64,000 nucleotides of DNA. It comes from Paecilomyces variotii. Its lineage: Eukaryota. Positions within the stretch are counted from its first letter, which is position 1; each line of letters begins with the position of its first letter. The notes beneath the pieces are model-generated. The model was not told the DNA's origin. It saw only the letters and a program-made list of their open reading frames with translations, and searched no databases. The position numbers were made by a program, and so were the translations under genes. Where the stretch lies: the NCBI GenBank assembly GCA_004022145.1, contig RCNU01000002.1; one strand, given 5' to 3'. Of the stretch, positions 25,100 through 38,506 are shown one piece after another.

Positions 25100-25632
25100 T
25101 GCAGTGATGTCTCGCAGAGCGTGCTTCTTCTAATCACCGGGCCGTGCAGATTATGAGATCGCAGTTTGCTGAATTTATATTTCCGGCGCGATGTCTAGCA
25201 TGGAACATTGCGTGTCAAGACGTACCTATGTCACACACCTGCCTCTTAGGGGGGGAGTTACACTTCCACTGGTTGATTTATATCATGTTGTCCATCAAAT
25301 ACCTAATAAATAGTACTTACTCCTTACTACTGAATAACGATAACGATCATCAGGGGTTCTCTTATAGACAGCTATTAGACCTTTTTAGAAGTATCATGGG
25401 CGATAGCACCATGTCTCCTTTGCAGCCAGCAGCAGCACAACCATATCCAGAACTAGATGAGTAAATGAGATATGGCGTCTGCTGTTGGGATGAGTAACTA
25501 GATACGGAGTAGTTAATAGTAAGTTGACAGTCGAGTGTCATCGGCGTTTCTTCGCTCACAAGACGAGAAAACGCCGGCGGCGAGAAAAGCGGTGCGATCA
25601 CGTGCGACAGGGCCGGACAAATGCAGGGACGA

Positions 25633-25690
25633 TGACTCGACGGACCGCCGACCTCGCAGGGCTACTTTTTGGATGGAAAGCTTATAAAAA
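25633..25690 (+). promoter_or_regulatory. Gcn4/CpcA-type site (TGACTC, 25633-25638) and TATA-like element (TATAAAA, ~25683) upstream of the DAHP synthase gene
   Basis: Exact motifs about 220 and 170 bp upstream of the ATG of an amino-acid biosynthetic gene. Cross-pathway control of DAHP synthases is established in fungi. Confidence 0.55.
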
Positions 25691-25854
25691 AAGGATACCC
25701 CACGTTTTCGCCCGCATCTGCCATAGTCAAATCATACAAAAAAAAAGTTCTCTTCAGTTACAGGTTACAGTCCATTTAGTTCTTGATTTCTCTATTCGAG
25801 CTGGTTCTCAACTGGTCGTAGTTGGACAAAGACCATCCATTGTACCCCGCCACC

Positions 25855-27192
<1,338 letters not shown>

Positions 27193-29085
27193 AAATTATC
27201 GACAGATCTTCCATTTAACGAAAAGAGAAGCGGGAAGGATGGATTTTGGGTTTGCTATCGATACCATGGTTAATTTTGAGGCTGCACAACCAATCAGCAG
27301 CTTCTAGAACGAGGTTCCAAAAAGTTGATAAAAATTTAGAGAAAGTCTTTACGGCACGGGCTGGCGCAAGATTATTTTGTATTGTACGATTATGTGGACT
27401 TTGTCAAAAGACGATACGAAAAGGAGAGATGATTTGAAGAATGGATATTCTTGGTAAATGAATGAAAGAACTCTTCGCTGGTCTTTGCGGTCCCTGTTAG
27501 GAATGGGCCAGTTTTGGGGGTCGATCTAAGTTAAGTGATAATCAACTTGACTCATTATTGCCAACCAATGTCCCATATTACAGTCCTACGTGGTTTATCC
27601 AAAGGACACAGATTTCTCATGGCATTCATACTAGCATCTGACGTGAGAAAAAGATAAGACTGCGTGATATCCCACTTCCCGATAGCTCGATCCTTTCAAC
27701 AAGCATACCAAGCTTGATTTCTACAATCCCCATCAGACAAAATTCTTCAAATCTAGAAACATCTCTTACCCATCATCAGGTAGCCACTTGAGCCTTTTCA
27801 TTATTTCTCTTTACGCTACCGGTACAGCACCTGCCTAGTCGAATATAGTCTAGACGGCATCCTTAAAATCTACATGGCACCTGATGATGACCGCCCATGC
27901 GGTACAGCTTTCCTTGACACGTGTACCGTTATCATTCAACTCATCGAATAATTACTTTTTTTTATATATGTACATTGTACAAGTTGGTTAGTATCAAATA
28001 GTTCCCTCCTTCTGGACCATAACCTTGGAAAAGGCATGGTTCGTGGCGTTCTATAGTTTCGGACCAAGCAGATACCCAACCCAGCCCCGAGAGCAAGAAG
28101 GTCTCCTTTCCCTGGAGGTCACACGACCAGTTCAAATTTAAGGCCCATGTACATTGTACATACAGTACACTAACTATAGAAAAATGGACTAGAACTTATA
28201 GTAGTGATGTCTTGGTGGACGAACGATAGCTTTATGGGCTAAGATGGTGTCAATCGGCTAGGCTGGTCCAGACCGCCGGGGATATATAATTATACACTGA
28301 TTTCTTCTAAGGAGGTCTAGCTTGGTCTAGGGTACATACTTTAGTATGATAACGACTTTTTTATCATTATTATTATCGTGTCCGGGGAGAATATACTCTA
28401 TGTGGTCGGGGCGAAAAATATGGATGCCATACTTCGCGTACTACTTAGCCGATGAAATCAATCCCGCAGAGAATTACCGACCGGATCCGTGTTTCTGGGC
28501 TTCTTGTCTCGGACCAAGCCTGGACAATGATGCTTTCCGTGCCACGCAGCGCATGCCATGTGCATGGGTGCTAAATATACGAAACTCAGGAATGCGGGCT
28601 TTGGGGGACCCGAAACAAGATGTCGACGCCGTTTGGGCGGGAGCGGCGGCAAACGGAGGCCATCGATTTTATGGTAAGTCTTAATTCTTGACGGAGGAGT
28701 CCGAGACCCCCTTTTTCTTTTTTTTTCGCATGCGCCTCCCTTTCATCCTGGGTTGCCTGCTGGAGATTATACCTATTTAAGCGAGGAGGCTTGTTAGAGA
28801 AAGCGAGATGGGAAGGGTCCGAAGGGAGGCGAGGGTTAAGACGAGAAATGGGGAAACATTCTAGAAATTCTTCCGGGCTGTTCTCTCTCAGCTCTTCCGC
28901 ACTGGTGATCATCTCTCTGTTAGGGAATGTTATGTCCGTGCGAGTGTGGGAGTTGGTGGGGGGGAGTCCGATTTGCGAATTGGCAATAATAATAATGATA
29001 AATGACTCTTGTTTTTGGTGTTTATGGAGTTGTACTCGTTAGCTCATACGAACAGTTTCCGGACGACTTAGCCGAACAAACAAAC

Positions 29086-29122
29086 AATAATAATAATAAT
29101 AAATAATAATGATAATTATTAT
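29086..29122 (+). repeat. Imperfect (AAT)n microsatellite
   Basis: aataataataataataaataataatgataattatt read directly from the sequence. Confidence 0.85.
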
Positions 29123-31147
29123 TAATATCCTGCAGAGACATACCAGATGGGAAATGCAACTCGCTTATCGAGTGGCCATGCACTTGTGCAATGGTTCAGT
29201 AGTCAAGTGAATTGGCTGGCAGTAGGGCTGCAACCAGCTGGTACCTCTGACCAACGAGGTTCCCAGTCCGTTATGGAGAAGAACAATAATAATATTGCGA
29301 TACGGGATGGATGCATATGGGAGGATCGTATTTGCCGCCAGGGATGGACTCCCTGCGTGTGTCCAGTGCAGTGTCGAGGGGGGGTTCTCCAGCGGTGGGA
29401 CGCCGTTGCAGGCAGGATGAAGCTGGAGAACATCTCCTCACGGCCCCAGTGTTCTCTTCTTATCACACGATTATCGTACTCACTAAAGCAATAATGGATC
29501 AGAACATGACGTTGGAGCGTTGATCGGGCGAGGATTGCCGTCTGGGGGAGGATCGGCGAGGAAGATGAGTTGGCGGTGAGAAGAACATTCCGGGCAAGTC
29601 ATGGTCATGGCCATCCTCGATCATCATCAGTTAGTCACTCCTCTGCTCCTCTACTCATCTCCTCATCTGCTGCTCCCCAATAATAAAAATCATAACAATC
29701 ATACGGAGCAACGCCCAGCCTGGTTGCTGCTGGCTGCCCGGCCACTCTTCCTTTCTGGTTCTGTGGAGGAGAAAGTCGAATTCGCTAGTGTCCTGTCTGC
29801 AGTAGGGGACGAAACGGTGGGCCGGGGAAAGACACGATAAGATTTTCACTAAAGGACGATGAGACAACTCGATCGAGAGCAACTCAGCCAGCGATTGACT
29901 CCTTCGCGAGGAATGCTGGGCCACGCGAAGCGTCAGAAGCTGAGACCGCATCGGGCTCTCATCCCGTACATTCTTCGGCTGTCGCAGAGCTCAACGCCAT
30001 CCTCACCACCTTACTGCTCGTCTCAGAGGTCACGATAGCAAAAGCAAAGCTGTCTCCACGTTAGCCGGGGCGCTAGAGATCTCCAGCAGCCATGCATCTC
30101 ATCCTGGAGATCCGAGCTAGACTACGCAGTCGTTCTCCATTCCACCCTCCAGGCTCCGCTCCGGTCGACTATCGCAGCGCTGACTCGCGGCGACCGTTTT
30201 CTAGCCGTCCATGCGACACGGAAAGCAAAGTCTTATGGTGCAAGTCGTGACGGCGAAGAGTCAGTGTTGGATCGCCATCGCCGCCTGCTTGTCGGCCTCG
30301 TCCGTGGATCGTCGTGGATCCACCGCGAGCTAATCGTCCTCTCCTCTCGAGTCTCGCCAACTGCCACAACTTCCTGGTCCCTGGACTCGGTTCGTAGGCG
30401 ACGTCAGATGGCGCTTACTTATGTCTACCGCGGTCCAAGCCGCTTGTGCCTGTCTGTCCACACTCCCTGATACTAATTCGGGACAAAACGCCCTTTTTTG
30501 CTTCTTCTTCACACCTCGTTTTTATATATAACCTGGTGGGCGATCCCCGGAGTCAATCCCCAGATTATCCAGTTTCTGCTCGTATCCTGTTCGACTCCTT
30601 CGAGGGGCCCACCACGGTTGCTTCTTCAAGCTTGTTCACCAACATCGGGGTGGCCATATCGAGGAGAAACTCATCACTAGCACACCGGTGCGAGTGAATT
30701 ACAGGATCAACATTTGAGGTGATAAACTTGACTCCATAATAACCCATGATTCGACTGGTGTCATACCATTTTCGACACTGATATCGAGATCTATTCATCG
30801 ATCCGCTCGTCGGCGACGCAGCGACTACTACCGATTGGATATAAAGGAGCTGGAAGTCTGCGAGGGCCACATCCTTTGTTCCTCACATTTTTCTTCCTCC
30901 TCGTCGGCTTTTCTTTTACCTTATAACCATTAGCAGACGTCTCGATTGGCTGCCGGTGCCGTGGTAACGTGGGTGGCAAACCCGGGGTTATCGGTCGTTA
31001 AGCTTTTGATATCGCCAGGCACAATCTTACTGACCTGGATTTTCTCAAGTATCCATTTTCTTTTGACCGTGCAGCCGTATCTATTTCTGCGCGGTCATTG
31101 AGGTCCCGGCCTGAAAACGGCCCAGAGGTCTAGCCCTTTCTTCCATC

Positions 31148-34123
31148 ATGCCAGGACTGCCTGATAGAATGGGCCAGGAGTCGCATGTTGTGATTCCTGT
31201 ATGGGGACAGCAGAGGGAGTCTCGGGAAAATCATGATTTCAGCTCGACAACAAGCGGAGCGTCGGCAGAGACACAGCACGCAATCCCCCAGTGGGATAAC
31301 GGATTACAAATGGTACCTGGGATCCAGGGCGTTCGGCGGACGAGTCCCATGAGCCGTTCCCCAGACAGCTTCGAGTCGCTGGCCGATTCCGTGAGTGACG
31401 ATGACTCAGAACGGTCCTCGACACCTATCACGCCGAACTCTTCGACAGAAAGCCTAGTTCCTGCCGGCGAACCCTCTAAACCAGCTTCCTCAGAGATGGA
31501 CACAACACTGGACAGTCAGCTAGAAGGAAAGCAGGTAGATACAAATGCAATCCCAGAGACACTACGGCCCGCTCCCGAAGTACCGCCGCCTGTTCTCAGG
31601 CGGTTGCTGGACTTCTCCCCCCCAGAATCCCGCCGCTCGCTACGATTGACCTGCAAAACCTGGTCCCGGACTGTCGACAAGGTTGTGCCGCTTAACCCAC
31701 CAGCTGCCAACATTGTCCCCCCTGAGATCCTCTTCCAGATTTATTCGATGCTCAGTCCGCGGGACTTCGATAATGCCCGGCACACGTGCTCGCAATGGAT
31801 GCGTGTTAGTCTTGATAAGGATCTGTTGGAAGGCATGCTCAAGAAAGCAGGCTGGTGGGACGCATGGCAGCGGGACTGCCTGGCGCGCTCACTCAATGCT
31901 ACCAAGGAGAGTCATGTCTGGAGGCTAAGCAAGAGATTCTCCACTGAATGCCTGCTGTCTGGCCGAAAGGCCAATGTGGAGCGGTCTGGTTTCCTGACGA
32001 CTGGAATCGTCGACTTCTCTCACCTCGCCAGAGAATCACTTCCTACGGAGTCCCCTGCATTCATGAAGAACGTCCTCGCTGGTCCTTACACGGCTCCTCG
32101 GATCACGGCTGCAGTGCGTGACCCGGCATTTTCACGCACTCCCAGGTTCAGCGCTAGCAAGTGTGGCCGCTATTTGCTGGTGACCACGGGATGTATGATC
32201 TACGTTTACCATCTTTGCAGTCGGAAGACTGGGGACAACTGGCCCAGGGCAGAAAGATCGACGGATCAAGAACGACCTAATCTCGATGACAAAGATCTTG
32301 ATATCATGCCTATTTCCAGCATTGGCTGTCCCTATGAGGTTTTGTCGGCTGCGATCGATACGAGTAACTCCAAGTTGGTCGTCGCAGCTTTGCTGCGCGG
32401 TCGGATGGGAATGGTCTGTGATATCAAGCGTGTGTCCAGTCAGTCTCCCTCGGAGGCCCAAGGTCCCAGTCTTGCTGAGGTACAGGAGGCGATCGCATCG
32501 AACCAGCCTCTCCGTAAGATGGTACGCCTCTCTCGTACCCCTCGCCATTATTACCATGACATCTGCTCCGCTGAAGACCCACCAAGAAGCGTGTCAATCT
32601 GCCCTGGTCGACGCTGTATCGCATTTGGTTGTGGCTCCGGCATTGAATTGCATTGGGTGGATCAGAAGACCAATGTAGATTCTCGCAAACTATTCCCAAT
32701 GTCGCAGCCGGCCGAAGTCGTGCACTTCTTGTCGAATCCTTCGGTCAACACGCCTGCACAGATCAGACTGATCTCTTCTCTGGCTGGTCCCGGCGCTTCT
32801 GGGTGCCAGTGCTACAACTCCCCTGATGGCGAAGAGCACCCTTGCCAGTTCCACCTCTCCTCTGGTGTGCGTTCGTTCACTCATTGGACTCCAAGGAAGA
32901 ATGGCAGTCTCAGTCTCGTGAAGGCGACTCACTGCCATCACTATCGAGCCATCCCGGTCAATGACGGATTGCACCTGTTGTTCATCGAACCGACCACGGG
33001 TTTCCTCTGCATTGGATCAGATGCTCCTATCGGTGGCCCCACGAGCCTGACGCGGGCACTGATCTGTGTTCCGCCATTCGAAGGAGGCACTGCTGATAAC
33101 TGGAAGGAGGATCGCGTGCCGACTGTCTTCGCGTCTGGCTCTGATCTGAGCTGGGGCTTGCGCATTGTCGCGGCATACCAGGACAAGATTGTCCTGTACT
33201 CGGTCCCATCGGACGTCCTCAACGTAATCCAGAGGGAACGCAGACTTCAGGGCGAGGGCGTCATGGGAGACAGCGACCTGGCAAGGGACTGGTTCCTCGA
33301 CTCTGAGCGCAACAGCCAGCGCCGGGGCAGTCTCGCCCAGAACCAGAACGGCGACTGGGAGTTCCTCCTCAAGGTCAGCTACCGACCTACGGCAATGATG
33401 TGGCCCTTGAAGATCTACGGCAAGGAGATTGGCAGGATGACCAAGGTGGTCGACTTCGCGATCCAGACATCGAATGGTGGCGCCCGAGTCTGGGCCTTTG
33501 GCGCATCGGGCGAGGCGCGCATTTTTGACATCGACACCTGCACCTCCAAAAACATCTCGGCGCTAGACATCGGCGTCAGGTCACTGTCGGTCGGCCCCGA
33601 TGGCAGTATCGCGTCTGCAAAGCTGATGGGCCGAGCGGAGTCTGGTCTCCTTTCGCCGCTGCCTGTCCGAGCGACTCGGAAGCGCAAGCAGCTCAGCCAG
33701 CCAGCTCCCTTCGACCGAGAAATCTTGACAGCTCAATATCCACCGCGTGTCAAGAAGATCTTGGACGTGGTTGAAAATTCAGTCTTCCCGAAGAACCCCA
33801 GCAGCAGCCCGGTGTCGAACGGGCCTGCCAAGAGGCGCCGGCCGTCTTTCGCTGCTTGTATCGTTGACTTGAAGATTCCAGACCTAGGCCCTAATGAAGG
33901 AAACTGGCTGGACAACGCCAGCAAGGCCGAGGGTGAGAACAGTCCACCGCAGGGCTCTGATGGATCAGAGTTCCATGACTTTGCGACGTACGATCCCCAG
34001 GATCTGCGCAAGGCTTTCCTGTCCACTCCAGCAGCCGGTCTGCATCGCACTGGAACACCCGGGAAAATGCTCATCAACCCCGTAATGTATAACGAGGGAT
34101 ACTCCGCATGGAGCAAGTACTAG
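31148..34123 (+). CDS. F-box domain protein (two tandem F-box-like motifs, beta-rich C-terminal region), intronless, 991 aa
   Basis: EVPPPVLRRLLDFSPPESRRSLRLTCKTW and IVPPEILFQIYSMLSPRDFDNARHTCSQW, followed by beta-strand-rich segments (PRSVSICPGRRCIAFGC..GIELHW, WGLRIVAAY). Confidence 0.8.
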   Translation: MPGLPDRMGQESHVVIPVWGQQRESRENHDFSSTTSGASAETQHAIPQWDNGLQMVPGIQGVRRTSPMSRSPDSFESLADSVSDDDSERSSTPITPNSSTESLVPAGEPSKPASSEMDTTLDSQLEGKQVDTNAIPETLRPAPEVPPPVLRRLLDFSPPESRRSLRLTCKTWSRTVDKVVPLNPPAANIVPPEILFQIYSMLSPRDFDNARHTCSQWMRVSLDKDLLEGMLKKAGWWDAWQRDCLARSLNATKESHVWRLSKRFSTECLLSGRKANVERSGFLTTGIVDFSHLARESLPTESPAFMKNVLAGPYTAPRITAAVRDPAFSRTPRFSASKCGRYLLVTTGCMIYVYHLCSRKTGDNWPRAERSTDQERPNLDDKDLDIMPISSIGCPYEVLSAAIDTSNSKLVVAALLRGRMGMVCDIKRVSSQSPSEAQGPSLAEVQEAIASNQPLRKMVRLSRTPRHYYHDICSAEDPPRSVSICPGRRCIAFGCGSGIELHWVDQKTNVDSRKLFPMSQPAEVVHFLSNPSVNTPAQIRLISSLAGPGASGCQCYNSPDGEEHPCQFHLSSGVRSFTHWTPRKNGSLSLVKATHCHHYRAIPVNDGLHLLFIEPTTGFLCIGSDAPIGGPTSLTRALICVPPFEGGTADNWKEDRVPTVFASGSDLSWGLRIVAAYQDKIVLYSVPSDVLNVIQRERRLQGEGVMGDSDLARDWFLDSERNSQRRGSLAQNQNGDWEFLLKVSYRPTAMMWPLKIYGKEIGRMTKVVDFAIQTSNGGARVWAFGASGEARIFDIDTCTSKNISALDIGVRSLSVGPDGSIASAKLMGRAESGLLSPLPVRATRKRKQLSQPAPFDREILTAQYPPRVKKILDVVENSVFPKNPSSSPVSNGPAKRRRPSFAACIVDLKIPDLGPNEGNWLDNASKAEGENSPPQGSDGSEFHDFATYDPQDLRKAFLSTPAAGLHRTGTPGKMLINPVMYNEGYSAWSKY

Positions 34124-35011
34124 GACATTTCTATTCTGTTGTATATCGGTTTTGCCAGTTGCAGCGCTGGCGGGTCTCTGGTTCCACAGTCCACTTAACA
34201 TTTTCATGACATGTGATGATTTTTTTTTTTTTTTTACTACTACCCTGCATTGGTTTTGCTTTTCAATTTTACGCGGTAGAATGACTTTACTGCAATGGGT
34301 TATATAGGTTTTGTTTCAAGTCCGTGTGAGACGGCTGGTCAGCGTTTTTTGTTTTTTATATTTTCCCATATACCATCTCAAGAACTCTATAGACTTTTTT
34401 TTTGTTTGTTTGGTTATTACAATCAAGACTCGGAATACCCAGCTCTTCTTTTAAAATGTTTCAGCGTATCACTAGATATAGTAGGCTTTTTATATTCACT
34501 GAGTATACGACCTTTTATGATCCTCGTCCCAGAAAGTGCTATGAGCAGTTTAATTTACGTAGATTCCACCAGAGACTAGTATAGTAGTAAAGTATGGAAA
34601 AGAACTAGTTACGGGTTACTGACAAACACGATTGCACAACTTGATTGGTTCTTTTTTAGTACAAGATGAGAATTGAATCATTGACGCTAAAAGGAAAGGG
34701 ATATGAACTATCCCGCGATATATACGAACATCAGATATCATGGTACATACATACAAGACAAGAATGGACATCGCGAGGTGGTATCGTGGGCGTATATCAT
34801 CTCATTAGGTCAAGTCAAAGTGGACAATTGCAGAGCGCAGAACATAAACCAAAGGTCAGACAAAACATACAATTCGGAAGCGAAGGACACAAGGAAATGA
34901 ATGCTTCTAATGAAAAATAAAAAATAAACAAAAGGTACAAGTCGTTATTGTCGATAATATGGCGGGTGGATATGGTAAGCGCGCGCTGGAACATGGGAAT
35001 GGATCTTCCGC

Positions 35012-37784
35012 TCATACACCATTGCTGACAGCGCTGTGTGCATGGCTAAAGTAGCTTTCATCCAGAGCGCTGGTATTGTCGCGTCCTGGAACCCAGGGCC
35101 CGTCGAGTGGAAGAATCAGGCTAGGGTTGACGTATTTCTTCAGCTTCAATCCAATATCGTGACCGCCGATTCGAATGGGGAGTAGATCGCGGTCGAGTCC
35201 TGACGGCGGCGACATGACCGATGAGGGTGAAGGTGAGGTTTCGTCTGCAGCAAGAAGGCTTCGGTCGATGCTTCTCAGGGCGATGAACTTCATTAGAGGC
35301 TCGTAGGTATGCCAGAAGAAGTACGTGAACCAGACAGTCACGGCAAGGAGGGGAAGCAGGAGAACGGAGCGGGTGATTGCCTTGCGAAGGGCAAGGACTC
35401 CGATCATTGCCAATTGGAAGACAATCAGTCCGAGGAACACCCGACTGCAGATGATGGGCCATGCTCGTCCCGTCGAATGCTGCTGGTGGTCCATCGCGTA
35501 GAGGAGCTGATATTTGTAGATGAAGTGGCCCAGTCCAAAGTAAACCAAGCCACCCAGAGAAATCATCCACGAGCTGGGGAACACACTGTAGACGATGCAG
35601 ATGATGAAGACAAAAATGGTTTGCGGAATGGAAAACCCATAGCTAAACACTGGCGGCCTCGTCATCTCAGCGAAATCGCGCGGCGTCGTTGCACGAAGGA
35701 GTCTGATCGGGTACATGATGACACTTCCGAGCTCCAACAGTTTGAAGGGAAACAGACCCAGGCCTTGCAGGATGATCAAGTTCATGTAGAAACGAGTGAA
35801 TGATTCGAGCGACGTGGCAAGCGCAAAGGCAATGGTAGTAGCATCCTTGAACGCATCCCGTATATTCTTCCAGAAACCGTAGAATGTACTTGCTGTGCCG
35901 AATACTGTAAAGACCAAAAAGAGATTGAAGAACGAAAAGAAAAAGTTCTTCGACAGCAGAGACAGCTCAATTTCTCCCCGAGACATCATTCCCTGATGAC
36001 CGGACAGCCCTGAAAGAAAAGTCAGTGAACGGATTTGCTTGATCGAGGCATCTAATGAGAACTCACACTCATAAACATAAGGAACCGCAACCGTCAGCAG
36101 AGAGATAGCCAAGGTGGGAAGCGTGGTTTGGACGAATGATTTGAGGATGGAATGTCTTGCGAGCATATCTGCAAGTGAAGGAAAGATCTTGTGGAGAGTC
36201 TCGAGCTCCAACAGATACGCGACGGGCAGCAGAAGAACAGACCAAAAGACGGTCAAGAACGCGATTGAAATGGTGATTGACCACGACTGGAACATTCGTC
36301 TCTGACGCGGCACATATGTGTTTTTCCACAGAACATCAGCAGGAGCTGGGGCAAGGGTAGCGAGTAGCTGCATGGGATGAGGGTCAAGGATAGCCTGAAC
36401 AACCATCTGGGCGGCCGCAAGTGACTCCATTGTAACGAAAGCAATAGCGGTGGGAGGATATTCCGTCTGTCGCGCGGTCAGGATCTTCTCGTCGAGCCTG
36501 CGCAGCTTCTCTTCGTAGTAGTCGATAGCATCGACTTTCCGGCTCCGCAGCTTGAACGGCCCGTACCAGATTCGCTTGGTCGGGCGCTTTCTGGACGTAT
36601 TGGGACCTTGAGGGTGACCATTCCCTTCTTCGGAAAGCAGATGTGAGCTCTCAGTGCCGTCCTCAGAGACGACACTTGCTCCGCGTTGATGTGTCCGCAC
36701 TAGGGGAAGCGTGTCGTTGACTCTTTTCGTTTTCTGATACCCAATGTATTCAATCCAAACGTGCTCCAGTTTCTTTATCATATCCAGACGCTCCTCCATC
36801 AGCATGTCCAGTCTCTCCCAATTGTGACACAAGGTGACGCTCTCCACCCTGCCGATCTGCAGGCCATGGATAAAGTCTTTGATCTTCTCTTCCGTCCTCA
36901 TCTCCGGGGGAACGCCGGAGAGGCGTATTGTACGGTCCGTCGTACTAGTCTGATTACCCAGGTATCTCTGCCTAGTCGTGATGATCTTGTTCGTCTCCTG
37001 GATCAGGAAATAGACGGCCAAACCGCTGAAGACGTATGTGAACACGACATAGAGCCAGAGGTAACCAGGATTGGTTTCAATCTTGTCCTCGAGTGACGGC
37101 GTCCACACCGTGTCGACATGGGTCCGATTTATATTGTCGCCTGGATCATCCCATCCAGGGATTCCATGCTTCCCAGTATATTTGTAGTGTATAGGAAGGA
37201 TGATGGTTACACCGAAGAAGAAGGTAACCACCAGGAACCGGAGCGCAAACTTGAAGAATGACAGCATCTAATGAGAAGCTCCATCAGCAGCCTACTCTAA
37301 CCGTAGCAATTGGATCAACCCCCGATGCAACTTACCACGTACGCATCCATGCCCGCTGATTCTAGGACTTCCTCGTCCGTAATCCTCCAAACGACAGGTA
37401 TCCATCCAAAGAAACTTTTTGGCAAATCGGGCAGTCTTGAAGCCGCATTGCGCTGCCTTCTACGCGCGGCATATAGTTTACTCCATCTCGGTCGTAGGAT
37501 CTATCGTTATAATCTGTTAGTTTCCAGGTTGCCATTGCTGGTCTGTGTGCAGCATCGAAAGTCGAGAGACAAGGGGCACATACACAGAACGTGATGAACG
37601 CGCCCACGCCCAGCAGACTAGACATGACAAACTGTGTATATAGATGGACCCTGGTTTGTCTATCCCACGGCTTCTGCTGGAATGCCCCATGGTTTCCTCC
37701 GGAGATTGTCGCATCGCTCGTTCCTGCTACCGCGAAATCTGGAAAAGCTGCCACAGCTGTCGCGGCCATTGCTGTGGCAGACAT
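35012..37784 (-). CDS. DUF221/OSCA/TMEM63 (Csc1/Rsn1-family) multi-pass membrane protein
   Basis: Exons 37784-37584, 37500-37336, 37267-36067, 36009-35012. Motifs LRPRW..LYAAR, AGMDAYVMLSFFK, RTIRLSGVP, AFVTM, APAPADVLWKN, YKYQLLY, many TM segments. Confidence 0.92.
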
Positions 37785-38506
37785 CTTGCGACTATATTGG
37801 CGCTATGCGCGCCCTGATCTGCTCACCAGTGGTTCTGCCCCTCCGATCGGCGCATACGGGGTGTTCGATAGCTCGTCTGCTAGAGAGATAAGTCCGGCGC
37901 AGTAGAGACTGACGTCAGGGGGTGAAAGGGGTGTTCCAAAAAGAGTGAGAGAGGGGCCACGTCTGACGGGAGAAGAGGCAGGGATATTTCTGTCTGAAAT
38001 GCTCTGGCCTCGCTGGGCGATCGGGGGTCTGAAGAAAAAAAAAGGATGAAAAAATAAGGCGAGGTGATGCGTTGTTTTGGTTTTGTCTTGCAGAGAACTA
38101 GACATGTTAGCTTGCGTCCTTGGCTGCGCGATGACGGTGACCGCCGGTTTTGTGCATCTGCTGAGTCAGCTACGTCCTTGCATAACAAAGTAAGAAAGAT
38201 TCGCAGCAGATCATTCTCTACGGAGAAATGATAGTGCTAAATTTCGGGCGCATAGAGTACGTAGATCGGATCGGATCTTGTTCTTGGCACTCTTTGGAAT
38301 TGAAGATCTGATTGAGCTTCCTGTCTTCTACCGGTGGACGACAGATTTCGTAGAAGCCAGCCATGAATGTTGGAACTTGGCGCATCGATGATTGTTTTGC
38401 CCCCTCGAAAGGAAAAAATATGCTTGCATAAGATTAAAAATACACGAGGCTAATCAATAATTGGAAGTCTATGTCATACGAAACGGGCAAACCAGCACAA
38501 GATCTC

